Shown here one piece after another: positions 1 to 12,485 of a stretch of DNA of 64,000 nt. Within the stretch, counting starts at the first letter, position 1. Each line of letters starts with the position of its first letter. The notes below the pieces were generated by a model. That model did not search any database, was not told the origin of the DNA, and saw nothing but the letters and a program-made list of their open reading frames with translations. The DNA is from Camelus dromedarius (taxonomy: Eukaryota). The DNA is taken from NCBI RefSeq assembly GCF_036321535.1, contig NC_087436.1:16430001-16494000 (forward strand). Reading direction: 5' to 3'. The position numbers were made by a program, and so were the translations under genes.

Positions 1-505
1 TTAATTTTTTGAGGAATCTCCATACTGATTTCCATAGTAGTTGCACCAACTTATATTCCCACCAACAGTGCACAAGGGTTCCCTTTTCTCCACATCCTCT
101 CCAACACTTTTTATTTCTTGTCCTTTTGATGAAAGCCATTCTAACAGATGTGAGGTGACATCTCATTGTGGTTTGCATTTCCCTGATGATAAGTGATGGT
201 GAATAACTGTTTCTGTATCTGTTAGCCATCTGTGTGTCTTCTTTGTAAGAAATGTCTATTCAGATCCTCTACCCATTTTGTAATTGGATTGTTTGTTCTT
301 TTGATACTGAGTTATGTGAGTTCTGTATGTGTTTTGGATATTAACCCCTTATCAGGTATATGACTTGTAAATATTTCTCCCATTCCATAAGTTGCCTGTT
401 CATTTTGTTGATAGTTTCCTTTGTTCAGAAGCTTTTTAGTTTTCATGTAATCCTGCTGGTTTATTTTTTGCTTTTGTTGCCTTTGCTTTTGGTGTCAAAT
501 CCAGG
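1..505 (-). mobile_element. LINE-1 fragment (3' part of ORF2 region), antisense to LRBA; runs off the window start
   Basis: Typical reverse-complement L1 text such as ttttttgaggaatctccatactg...ttcccaccaacagtgcacaagggttcccttttctccacatcctc and gttttggatattaacccctt; T-rich. Confidence 0.85.
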
Positions 506-1624
506 ATGTTTCTAATAGTTAAAGATGTGAAAACCCTCTTTACTTTTCACTAGTGCCTGACTTGCGTATCTTTAACAAAGGACCCTTAAAAATGTTAAGG
601 AGGATATATCACAAAGAATTTTATGTGACTTGGGCATTTAGGATAGATAGATAAAAACAGTTAACTTTTTATTTTTCATGTATTTTATATTCATAAGAAT
701 CATAATGTTACGTATCAACAAATATGAACAAGATAGCATTTCAACAAATTTTCTAATACCTGTATTGTTTTTTGGAGGCAGAATTTTATAGTGTTTATAT
801 TTACTAGACACCCATGTGCAGCTACAGGAGCTATCAATGAGTCAGAGGCAAACCCCTCTATGGGGAATTGTGAAATGAAAAGTCTCAAGAAAATAGGATA
901 AAACAAGTACATTAGTTAAGTAAAGTTTGATGTGTCCACACAGTGAAATACTGTACAGCCATTAGCGTATGAAGAACTTGTGACAGTGACATAGAAGGAT
1001 ATGCCCTTCCTATTGTTAAGTGTGAAAGATCACCAGACTACGTGAATAATACGATAGACTTTAACTATCTGTGTCTTGTATCCTATGCGTATTTATACAT
1101 AGGAAAAAAAGTCTGAAATTATAGCAAAATGTTAGCAATGGTTTTTATGTAGTGGAAATTTGAGGCAGTTCATTTTCTTCATAATTTACTAAATTATATG
1201 AATGTTTTATAATGAGCGTGTATTATGTTGATAATCAGAGACAATAAACATATTTTACTTGGGAGGAAAATACCTTATGATGATAGTGTACCTTCACTTC
1301 CTGCTCAAGGCTTCCAGGTGTGAGTAGTTGTATCAGAATTAAATGGATTGTCCGGGAAGACTGGAAAGTCAAAGAGGAGGAGGAATGGGAGAAATCAAAG
1401 TATAATTTCTAGAAAAGAAGGTGTATTTTCTCCTTGACAAGAAACAATAGTTGTGAGAACTACCTCTAATTGGCATTTATGTGGCACAGGATCAGATATT
1501 CTATTTTGCAGAAAAGAGTGTCTGCAACAGAGGGTGGAAATGTGCATCACTCCACTATTGCCCCTGACACCGCCGCTGCTTGTGCTACTGGATGGTGCTC
1601 ACTGGGTGCTCACTCTACGCCAGG

Positions 1625-1885
1625 ACCCATCCTAACTAAGCACTTTGCAGAGTAACCATTAATCTTCACGTGGTCCTCTGTGGTAACTATTGGTATTATC
1701 CTTGTTTTATACATGAGGCACAGGGAGATTACCAGCCTTTACTTTCTGCCCTGGCCTTGAAGCTCCTGGATCTTACTAGACCGATGAGAACTTGCCCAGG
1801 GGAGGTCACGTAGCTAGCAGTGCTGGAGCCTGGATCCAAACCCAGGCACTCTAGGCCAGAGGCACCGTTCTTAACCACTAAACTG
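1625..1885. mobile_element. MIR SINE relic
   Basis: MIR-like core: attatccttgttttatacatgagg...aacttgcccagg..ggtcac..agctag...ggatccaaacccaggc..tct; boundaries approximate. Confidence 0.6.
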
Positions 1886-3042
1886 TACAGCACATTTAAT
1901 TTGATTTTGTTGGACCACCAGTTGTAGAGAATTTGATGCAACATTATCACCAAAGCACTCTTTGTATTTGCAAAGGACAATATAATTTTGTTATACGGAG
2001 TTCTTAGGACAGTTATATGTCATGATTGGATTCTGTATTTTTAAAATATTATTACATGTGTTAGGGTTATACTTCTAACTATACAGCAGGCGGTATATAC
2101 TCACACAAAGCCACCTTCTAATGTAGTGTCAGAGGATGATTTCATTGTCATAAACACCATATGTACACATATATGTATCATAGCAGGGGAGTAAAGGTTA
2201 TAAAACAAGAACTTATTACTGATTTTTGTCCTAGTATTATATTGTCTTGCATTAATAATTCTAATATTATTTAGAAGAGGAAGCTACCAAAATTTACTGT
2301 CTGTTGGTTGTCACATCCTAAACTCATCTATGGCCTGTTTTCTGTAGTCTATATGTTTAACAAAATCAACATTTTTTCTTTTCAACAGAGACCACAGTGA
2401 ATGGGGTGGGGGGAGGGTTGGTGGAGATGGAATGAATAGAGCCAACCTGGAAAATTTCTCTTTGTATAATTAAAATGTAGTAGTATAATTCCCATTGAAA
2501 AATTAGGAAGTTGATGGAAAGATTTAGCAACTAACCTCATTTCTGCTTCAAAAAACCATTTCCTTCCTTGATTGACCATTATGGTGAGCCACTGAGAAAG
2601 CTTAGGATTCAATTTCCATGTGAATCTTTATTGTTGGTCAATGTTTGGTAGTAATCAGATGGATGTAAAATGGAACAAAAGGCACTTTCAGAACAGAAGT
2701 ATCCAGCTCTAGGAAACGGCTGACATACATTATACAATACTTAGATTTTCTTAAATCTGTATACACTTAGTAACTTAATTATGTATTTGGGTTCTTAAGT
2801 AAACTTGCATTTTTGTTCAAAATGAGTACTCTTTTGAAATGATCTTCTTTTAAAGCCAATTTTATATTTTGTTTTATGTCTCTAAGATGTACTAGATTTT
2901 ACTGGGAAGTTATACTGGTTGCTTTCATTTAAGTACTTTATTAATTGATGGTAAATATTCATTTTGTATAAAAATTCAGTTGTAATAAATAGTTTTGGAC
3001 TTCAGGACAGCTTTTTGACCTTTCTAATAATAGACGTATTTT

Positions 3043-3179
3043 CCTTGGGGTGGGTGGAGGTAATTAGGTTTATTTATTTTTTAATTATTATTTTTTTAAT
3101 GGAGGTACTGGATATTGAACCCAAAACCTTGTGCATGCTAAAGACACACTCTTCCACTGAGCTATACCTTGCCCCCTCC
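3043..3179 (-). mobile_element. tRNA-Ala-derived SINE (camelid Vic-1-like), minus-strand copy
   Basis: Reverse complement reads ggtatagctcagtggaagagtgtgtctttagcatgcacaaggttttgggttcaatatccagtacctccattaaaaa...aaataaacctaattacctcc; flanked by near-identical direct repeats aataatagacgtatttt (3026-3042) and aataatagatatttt (3180-3194). Confidence 0.85.
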
Positions 3180-3290
3180 AATAATAGATATTTATAATAG
3201 GTATTTATGAGATATTTATAACAGAAATTAGTTTATGGTAAGGTCAGCAATACCTGATTCAGTGACCGTTTTCAGTCAAATCATCTAGCA

Positions 3291-3440
3291 GGGAGGTTAT
3301 AGCTCAGTGGTAGAGTGTGTGCTTAGCGTGCATAAGGTCCTGAGTTCAATCCCCAGTACCTCCCATTAAAAATAAATAAGCAAATAAACCTAATTAACCT
3401 CCTCCCCCACAAAAAAAAGAGACCCCCCCCCTAAAAAAAA
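3291..3440 (+). mobile_element. tRNA-Ala-derived SINE (camelid Vic-1-like), plus-strand copy
   Basis: Head gggaggttatagctcagtggtagag...cttagcgtgc...gagttcaatccccagtacctcc resembles tRNA-Ala(AGC), with pol III A box (tagctcagtgg) and B box (gttcaatcc). It is followed by the same aaataaacctaatta tail as the upstream copy and by A-runs. Confidence 0.85.
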
Positions 3441-3526
3441 GTAGGAGAGAAAAATAAAATCTAATCACCAAAAATACAAGGCCATATTTTATTTCCCTCC
3501 TTGTTTCCACAGTGCAGTGCACATGA

Positions 3527-3562
3527 TGTATACCCAGTAAATGTTGTATACCCAGTAAATGT
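3527..3562. repeat. Perfect 18-bp tandem duplication (tgtatacccagtaaatgt x2)
   Basis: Seen directly. Confidence 0.85.
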
Positions 3563-6500
3563 TATTAAGTCAATGAAGGAGTGAAGGAATGAATGAGTAA
3601 ACAAATGGAAAGTGTTAACTTCTGTCCCAGGAGTCATCTAACCTAAGTATTAATTGGAAGACCTAATTTTATCTCGGTAAAACTGAATAGGGGAATGTTG
3701 ACCTGCACTTCATGTCATGATAGGTGGTATGGAAGAGGTGAGTGAATGAAGGTGACACCCTCTCTGCTATTAACAACGTATTTAAACTGCTAATGAGAAT
3801 TTTGCAGTGCCTTTTAAAAGTAATTTGATTTTCATTAAGACTGAGGAGATGATGCCAAAAATACCAAGAACTTTATTCATTTTTTTTAAAATGTAACTCT
3901 AGGTTTGCCAGAAGTACTTGTCAGGTCTGTTTTGACCTGGATTATTAATCCCCTTTCCCTTAATAGAGACAGATCTTTTGAAATATTTTCCTCATTGGGT
4001 ATTTATGAACAGGATACTAGAGAAATTAGTTTCCTTCTTCTCTTCTTTCAGGCATAACTTTAAGTGGTTCAGAGTCCATTTGATGGAGAAATACACTTAG
4101 CGTTATGAGAGCGCCAAAGAAACACAGTTAATAACAGCATTTGTTATTCTGCCTAATGGTGTAAAACATTTCACCTAATATTTTAAAACACAGGTCCAAT
4201 ATAAATGCTTGGTGGGTATTATGGAGATCTTGCGCTGCTTAAACGCAAGTTGGTAGTTATAATGGTGTCTGTAAGTCAGTAACTGATACTCAGTCTTAGG
4301 TACTGAGAAAAGCACATCAGTGAAAACTGACGTGCCTTGGTGTTCGTGGTGGGATTTGGACTGTCTTTAATCTCCTTTGACTTGTTCATCTTCCTTTAAG
4401 GCCATCCATAAAGATGCACTGAGTATCCTTTTCAGCCTTTGGTTGGGATTTGCATCAGTAGTCATAAACCTGCTCTCCGGACAAAGACGCCCTTTCCTTT
4501 GAAGTAATTGCTCAAGCTTTTCAAAGCAGTCCAAGAAGTCTATCCTTTCTCTTTTTATTTTTCTTTAAGAAGAAGTTGAAGTGTAGCCCCTTAAACCAGC
4601 AGCAAGATAAATTTTTCTCTTCAGCTTTACTAAAAGCCATGACGATTTTTCAAGCAGTAAGACTTTAAGAGGTTCTTAAGGGAATCTGTTCTGCTTTATG
4701 ACCTAGCTTTTGGTAGATCTTACTATCTCAGAAAGCAAAAGTAAAGACTTTTTGTACCCATTAACTGCTGCAAGTTTTTATCAAAGAATTAACCTGATAC
4801 TTTTCAGAAGACTTTTCCCCTTGTTCTTTATTCGGTTTAGAGACTTCAGTGAGAGATGGCCAGAGCTTCGAGGTCTCTGAAAAAGTAATCTGAGGCCAGT
4901 ATTGTCTTACATGAGCTGATTTTCCCCCTCGGTACTAACTCTGCTCTGATGAGTAGCTGGGACTGGCAGATGTGAATGCTGCTGTGAGAGTGAACTGCAT
5001 GGTTCCCAGATTTTGTTTCTAGACTTTCCAAACAAACGTACACAGATACATATGCACACCGTTACTGGGACGTGGGATGGTATCGCTGTGTTGCAGGAGG
5101 AGGTGTAACCGTGTAACTACAGAGAAAGAAATGGATTCTGTGAGTCTCATGTGAAGCCTGGGTGCCCTCTGCCCTTTGTAATTTCATCCCAAGGGCTTCC
5201 CAAATACCTGATGAACTTCTCAGTTTGGACCTGTTGGATTTAAATCCCATATCATATAATTCTATTTGCTTAAGTGAAAATTTAATACGTAAAACATTGG
5301 TTCATTGGAACTTAAACAAATCCAGGTATTTATTTCGAACAGATTTTTCAATGAGAAAATGTCAAGAGCACTCGATCTGCACCGTGTGTAATAAAGGGAA
5401 TGCAAGGTTCAGTCCTGAAACAGGACTGGAAATAGCTTTTCTTGGAGGAAATGAATCCTTATATTGTTGTATGTGGATTTTTAGAGGCCATTCATGTGCG
5501 TTTCCTAAAGGGGAGGAAAGTTCTGTAGCACAAGTCTTTGTGCAGGAAATCCAGCGAGTTTGTGAAACCAGGTACCTGAGAAGAACCCAATGACCAGAAG
5601 TCTACTCTTACGCTTTCAATTTCTTGGTTTTCTTTTCCTTTCCTTTTCTTTTCCATTCTGCCCCACCCCCACCCCACCCCACTCCCCAGATTTCCTGAAC
5701 TGCCTAACCTGCTTCCTGGGTTAGCAAACATTTTGCCAAACTTTGAAGCCAGAGACCTAGCCTTGAATCGTTCTTTATGTAGAGATCAGGCCCTCGGAAA
5801 AGAAGTCTTTTTTTCAGTGTTTTAATTACACAGCATGAGCGCGTGTCTTCTGATTTGTGGAGGGGAAAATGATTGGTATAGTGTTGATTACTGGAAACTA
5901 GTATTTTGTAAGTAAAGCATACTTATAAAAAATTAAGAGTTTACAAAAAAGAATGCTTATATCTTAATTCACTTTATGGGGTTAATTGTGAGGCTGCCTA
6001 AGCTCTAACTTTATGGTCATGGAAAATTCTCAGTATTTCAACTGTTTGGCATTAAAGAAAGAAATCCAGTTGACAGCAGTCTTCTCACTTCCTCCCCATG
6101 TCCCTGAGAAAATATTCGTAGATCTACAAAACAAAAAGTTAGCATTGGCATGCTTAAGTGACAACGTCCTCTGGGTCCCCATTACCCATTTGTCCTCTGT
6201 TTGCTTTGCCTTCCACTTAGACTGCTGTCAGTTGTCTTCAGACTTTCATTTTCCACCGAGGAATTCCAAGACAATTCAAGTTAAAACACAAATCCCACCC
6301 CCCATAAAACGATAACTTACAAAATCAAAAAAGGAACAATCACACTGAGTATAGATTCATTAGATTTTAATGATTTCAGTTCTTGGTTTTAAAAAGGTTG
6401 CCAATAGATGTAATTAGCCATGCATTTCAAAATTAACATTGTATGGTATTTTTGTGGAAAAGGAAAGGAAACCATGAATCGGGGCTGAAGTATTGGTGAC

Positions 6501-8427
6501 TTTTAAGGACACATTTATTTCTAATTTTTGTGGCAAGACTGAACTCCAACAGAAATTTAGGTAGTTCAGATTGGTTTGCATTATTTGCTTCTTTTCTTAA
6601 CGAATTTCCCAAATTTATATACCTTCTAAGGAAAAAAATCATTGCTCTTGTAACAAATGCTTTCTGGTTTAGAAAATGTCTAGTAAACATTGTATTAAGG
6701 AGGGTTTCTCTCCCCAAAGCAGTTTTAAAACTGAATCAAATGAAACCAAGCCCCTTGTTCCATTTACCCCTGGCCTTTTATTATGTCATTTGAGGTCTCC
6801 GTTTGTCACCAAGTGTGCAGGCCAGTTCCTGCGTCTGACTGCATATAGCGTGTGCGGAGGTTAATACAGTATCTCTTCACTTACGTCTCACTCAGAAGTA
6901 CCCATAAGTACCTATAGTCACCGGAAGCCAGGAAGGACACTGTGGGGACACGGCTGTGTGTGATGCCCTCCGGTGAACGCACTGTAGTAATTAGGGAGCC
7001 GATCAGACATGAAGTAACTGCAGGCCCAGGGGCAGTGGGGCTGGAAGCGCAGAAGCCAGGCTCTGTCTTCCCAGTGGAGGCCTCTCCTGGTTTGGCGCGG
7101 ATCTGTGTACATTCATTCAGTAAGGTTTGTTTTCCTCCCCCGCCCCGCACCCCCCCAAGCATAGGCATGCACATAAATTTGCTTGACATTTCAGAGGACA
7201 TTGACCATCCTAAAACCCACTAGGAGATTTTTTTGACCACAAGCATTTGCCTTTCCAAGGGCAGTAGGTTTCTGCTGGATTTTCCCTGATCTGCCCGACC
7301 TCTCTCCTCAGGGTGGGTGACTGTTCCAAGCGTATGCGGTTAGGATAACAAGTTATTCTTTTCCACAGAGTTCCACAGATGGCAGTAGTGACCTGTTTTC
7401 TGGGCACATTTGCCCCTGTGGATTCCACAGTATCATTTGTCAGTCAGACTATGCAACCAACCCTCATCAAGGACATCTAAGAATGCTGCCACCGGCCCCT
7501 TTCATTAAGGCGTTTGTGCCTTCATCCCCAGAGACTATAAAAGTAGGAGGACCCATTTGTCTTAAAATAGCATTTTTCAGGCTAAATATGGAATTCAGAC
7601 ATGAAATCAAGGCACCCGTCAAGCCCATTACTGTTTTACTTGCCAGTGCTGGGCCATTCACAGTGTGGGTTCCTGGTCAACCAGCCCATTGTCTTTTCAG
7701 TTTGGGACTGAGATACAGGATGACTTCTACTGGTGAGAATGTTCTGAAGCATCTCCCAGTACTTGGATAGTCCTCCATCCCTCCTTCACCCCCCTCCCCT
7801 AATTGTCAGTCACCATCAGTAGAATCACATTTAACAGTCTGATTTCCCCCCTCTGTGCTTTGAATGAACCATCGAGAAATATACTCTATAAGATTTTGTA
7901 TCAGGATAAAACAGAACTTAAGGAAAGACAATAAGTATTTAAGAGAAGGGCTGCTTCGTGATATCGTGAACCCTGGTTCAGACTGTCCTTATGTGACAGG
8001 GGTCTCAGTGGCCCACGGAGGAGGAAGCCTAGGTGAGGGGGGAGCTGAGGAGACCACCTTTCTGTGAAATGTGAATTATAAATTCATTCATAAATCATCT
8101 AACCAAGGGGCTCATATTTGTATTTCCTAAGTATCTAAGGCCGTTTATAATGCAGATTTTTGTCTTATTTTATTCGCTTTTAAACTATTGTTTTTTGCCT
8201 GATAATCATGTAAGGTTTAGAAACTGAGCAACACATGTTCCTCAAACTATAGAATATAGTTTGGATCTACTAAAACGGGACTTTGGGACAAATTCCCGAG
8301 CTATAGATTAAAGATTTAGGTATAATGGGAATTAGGAACAAATTCTTGCTTATTTAATCTGAGTAGAGGGAGGTCACCCCTGCATGAACCTGAATTGATT
8401 TGTTCTTCTACGTGTTTCTCCCTAAAG

Positions 8428-8529
8428 GTGAGGCCGCCGCCCCGCGGGCCGTTTTGACGGGCCACGACTGCGAGGTCACCTGTGCTGCCGCCTGTGCCGA
8501 GCTGGGCCTGGTGTTAAGTGGCTCTAACG
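8428..8529 (+). CDS. LRBA: LRBA coding exon, 4th from last (WD40 region: EAAAPRAVLTGHDCEVTCAAACAELGLVLSGSN)
   Basis: Acceptor tttctccctaaag|, donor G|gtaaat, 102 nt, phase 1-1. The WD-repeat GH motif matches the LRBA C-terminus, and the exon joins in frame to the next. Confidence 0.93.
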
Positions 8530-9468
8530 GTAAATCTACGTCGCTTTGTGGGGTGTCTCCTAGACACAGATCACCGCGGATGAATTTGGTGCCTCTTTCT
8601 CTAGAGCTGCGCTCTTAAGCTAGCCATGAGCCACACGGGGCTGTTTACGTTCACTGAAAGGAAATGAAATTAAAAATTCAGTTCCCTGGTGGCACTAGCC
8701 GCATTTCAGGGGCTCAGTGTTCACACAGGACTAGTGGCTACTGTGTTGGACAGCCCCGAAAGGGGAGCATTTCCATCACTGCAGAAAGCTGAGTTTCACA
8801 GCTTGGCTCTAAAGAGTGGGGCAAGAACAAGGACCACCTTTGTATGTTTGTTTATCCTTCTGGACTCCGACTGGGCTGGGTTCCATCTCACACCTGAACG
8901 GGAACTCCCGACACAGTCTGTTTTACCTTCCAAGTCTCTGAACTAGGCAGGGGCCATGGTGGCTTTGAGAACAGAGTGGAAAGATGCTTAAATTAAGCTG
9001 GTTTGCCTGGAGTTTTGCATCATCGTATGTTTAGGCCAAAAATACTCAGCAAGCTTTCCAAGAGCACACACAACACATCAGGATCTGACCAGGAACAGAG
9101 CTGTTTCCAGTTCACTGCTTATTCGACTGTAATAGTCTATCCATCTCTCTGTCCTTCTGCCCTGAACTGAATGACGTCTGAACACAAAAAAACTACTGTA
9201 ATCCCATGTCTTTTAGGTTTATCTAATGGAGATGTGTAGAGTTTTTGAGTCACCTTATCTGTGTCTTGAACTATAAAAGTCAAGCTAGCAAGAAGATTGT
9301 GGTTAAAAATTTAGTTGGTCAAAACAATGAAATAACAATAGCAAGAATTCTGTAACTACTGAGTTTCTTTCCTTCTTACACCCAGTGATTTCATTTATCC
9401 TGAGCTAACATGAGTTCTTAGATTATCTGTTATCCAAGTCGGACATATAAAACAAACCTGTCATATTA

Positions 9469-10559
9469 CAGGCTGTCCTCACTTTGCACGGTGGTATGGG
9501 ACCATTAAAATGACTGTGCAAGATGGAACCATGCAATGAGACTGAAAACCAATAATTTCAGTGGGAAATACTATGATTACTAATAATCAATGGGAAAGTT
9601 TAATAACCAGTGGGAGATTTTATGATTGTTCCATGGTCTTTAAAAATTTATACCAAAACATAAAAACATTTTCCTGTTCAGTGTTATATGTACATACATA
9701 CACATACATATATATGGACGTGAAGAAAATAGTAAAACTCAACATTTACTTACTTAGTACACTGTAATTTAAAACATTTCATTGAGAATGAAAGTATTTT
9801 ATTTCTTTGTGAAAAACATACCAACAGTACTTTAAACAGTGCCTGCCCCTTCTGCCCAAGTAACTTGAGAATCTTTTCTGTGCCTTGACCAGTTGTCAGA
9901 CTCCTTCCTAAGATTGGATTAGCTTCCGACATTTTGTCTTCTGTGCTTTCAGTGTCATAAAACATCTCCTAGGTTTTCTTTAATGTGAAGGATTTTTCTG
10001 GCATCGCTTCTTCGGGGACATCCTCATGTTGGTTACAGCCACTTTCCCAGCTCCCGTCAGTCAGGTCCCCTGGACGCACATCTGCGGCGTCTCAGCAGCC
10101 CCAGCTTTCCCTCGGTCAACTCGCTCTTCTCTAACTCCACTTAGGTTTGATTCGCATTTCACTTTCAGCTTCATCACCTTTCTTGTCCTTACTGTTAACT
10201 TACCTTTGTAGGCTGACACCCTCCTCCAATGATGCATTTGTGTAAAATGTCATAGTTTTATCACTGGTGGACAAGGAGGCAACACAGCTACAGAGTGTGC
10301 TGTCTGTGCACGAGCTGAGTCACAGACACGCGGGGACCTTTCCCTGAGACTCTGAAAGGTGTGACGGGCTCAGTCACCTGAAATGATGCACACCTGCTAT
10401 TTGTAGTGATTTGTGGGCTGAAGAGCTGGCCATGAAATGTGCACTTTACTTAATTACTGTGAGAACTGACGTCTGAACTGTGGTGTTGAGGGACTAGGTT
10501 ATTTAGAGCGATAAGTGAAATTCCTGCATGCTGAAACTGTGCAGAGCAAAGACTGCCTT
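9469..10559. mobile_element. TcMar-Tigger-type DNA transposon relic (about 1.1 kb) with both terminal inverted repeats recognisable
   Basis: Left end ta|caggctgtcctcactttgcacggt; right end reverse-complements to aggcagtctttgctctgcacagt; TA precedes the left end; no transposase ORF. Confidence 0.7.
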
Positions 10560-11508
10560 CTGTGTTTACATCGAGAACGCTGAAAAGTGGTCTGAGTGGT
10601 CAAGAATAAGCCGAGAGGTACCTTTAATAGTCGCGTGGGGAATAGGTGATGCAGCGTGGAGAGGAGCAGGACACACTGTCTATTACTACTTCTGTCCAGC
10701 TCAGGCATTCCTTAGAACCTACTCGTCACACAGGCAGTTTTGGCTGCGTACTCCCCTGCTCCGCCTGTAGCAGGCACTCAGCAAAGATGACCGAGCACTG
10801 CTCGGAAGGGCTACTGGGCAGATTCTCCATCCTCCTCGGGCAGCTCGGCCTGCAGGTCAGCCTGGGGAGCGGGGAGCGGTGGGTGCGGCTTCTTGGTTTA
10901 GGGGACAGCAGGCAAGCAGGCTCGTTCTCCAAGCAGAAGTGGCAGAAGGATGTCTGTGTGGATTTACTTGGGGGCGAGGAGTGGACTACCCGGGGCCGCG
11001 TTCACTGCAGAGCAGTGAGCAGCGGGAGGGAAGAAGGCTTGGACCTTAGAGTTCTCCCCCTCACAGGCCAGATGCCACCACCAGAGAGCCCGGGAGGTGG
11101 CAGGGTGGGGTGTAGAGGATCAGAGTGTGCCTGGCGGCACCCCATGTTTGATAGTGGCCCAGCTGTCTGGGAAACTCTTCTAGGATTTGAAATCTGTCCT
11201 GTTCCTTTCTCAATTCCTCCACTTTTTATCATCTCTTGGCATAATGAATTTCATAAAGTAACTTCCTGTCTCTTGAGCAGTGGACTTGAACACGTACAAC
11301 CTAGCTTTCTCTTCTCCCAAGTGGAAGGTGAGTTCCAGCCAGCGTGCAGGTTTTACAAAATAACTAATATGTCGTTTTTGAAGGCCTTCAACCGCTGTAA
11401 TATGGCACTGTCATCCTGCTGGACCTGTGCTCAGCCAAGATTCAGACCACATTTGTCTGTCCTCATGGAAAAACGTCATTTTGCCTTTTGTTTCTCCTGT
11501 TTTCTCAG

Positions 11509-11705
11509 AAGGACCATGTCTCATACATTCCATGAATGGAGACTTGTTGAGGACTTTGGAGGGCCCTGAAAACTGCCTGAACCCAAGACTCATTCAGGCT
11601 TCAAGAGAGGGTCACTGTGTCATATTCTATGAAAATGGCTTCTTCTGTACATTCAGTGTGAACGGAAAACTCCAGGCCACTATGGAAACCGATGACAACA
11701 TAAGG
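11509..11705 (+). CDS. LRBA: LRBA coding exon, 3rd from last (EGPCLIHSMNGDLLRTLEGPENCLNPRLIQASREGHCVIFYENGFFCTFSVNGKLQATMETDDNIR)
   Basis: Acceptor tttctcctgttttctcag|, donor AGG|gtgagt, 197 nt, phase 1-0; lies inside ORF 11427..11804. Confidence 0.96.
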
Positions 11706-12485
11706 GTGAGTGTACCTTGTAGAATTTTCAACCTTCTGTGTTTTCACCTCAAAGTGTGGCAAGCGAGGAGGGAGAGGGTTCACCAAAGAAACTTCTGGTT
11801 TTAGTAACCAAGGCTCTCTCTTCCACTCCAAGAGGGAGTCATGAGGTGGCACTGGGGTGGGGCTGGTACCTCCCAGACCCCAGTGCATCCGAGTGCCCAG
11901 CGCCTGAGACCACCAGGTGAGGCCCAGGAGGGACCTGCAGCCCATGAGCTTCTCTTCAGGTTGTGTGAGGCCATCCTGGGTGGCTTTCAGTGGCACTGCT
12001 CTTTTTCTTTGTTGTTTCTGGTTTTCTGTCTAAGAAAGTTCACCGCAGGTGGTTGTTTTCTGAGTCTCAGAGCTAAAATAGTGCCATAGATCATCCATCA
12101 ACTGGACCGTCTGCCTTTGAGCAGGCTGACGGTGGGCGGGGTCGGGGCTCTGACGGTGTGGGACCAGCATCCCATTTCAGACTTGACTTCTTGGCGGGTA
12201 ACAAGACCCAGACTCACCAGGTTAGGGAAGCTGGGCTGCAGGTTCTGACGTGCATCAGGCAGCACGGTTTTGCTTTCGGCCTACGGGAAGTGGTGGTGCT
12301 GGCGGGCCCTGCGCGTCCTGCTTCATTCTCAGGACGGGAGTAAGTGTTCGAGGCTGAAGAAGAGAGGAGGGACTGCTCTTAGGAGAGGCTACCTTTTCAA
12401 GGTCCTTTTTTTCTCACCTCCAAACATCTTCATGCAGGTGAAGGTAAAATGAAGCCGGTGTTCCTGTCACCTTCTGGGATAGGGT

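Noticed and set aside
3291..3363. Apparent tRNA-Ala(AGC) gene
   Set aside because: The stems are degenerate, and it carries the same non-tRNA tail and A-runs as the neighbouring inverted copy, so it is a SINE head.
1..8400. Nested MAB21L2 gene or further LRBA exons
   Set aside because: No long single-exon ORF or LRBA-like exon was found here, so these must lie upstream of the window.
10646..11569. 307-aa plus-strand ORF
   Set aside because: No recognisable domain; intronic and GC-rich; overlaps the true LRBA exon in a different frame.
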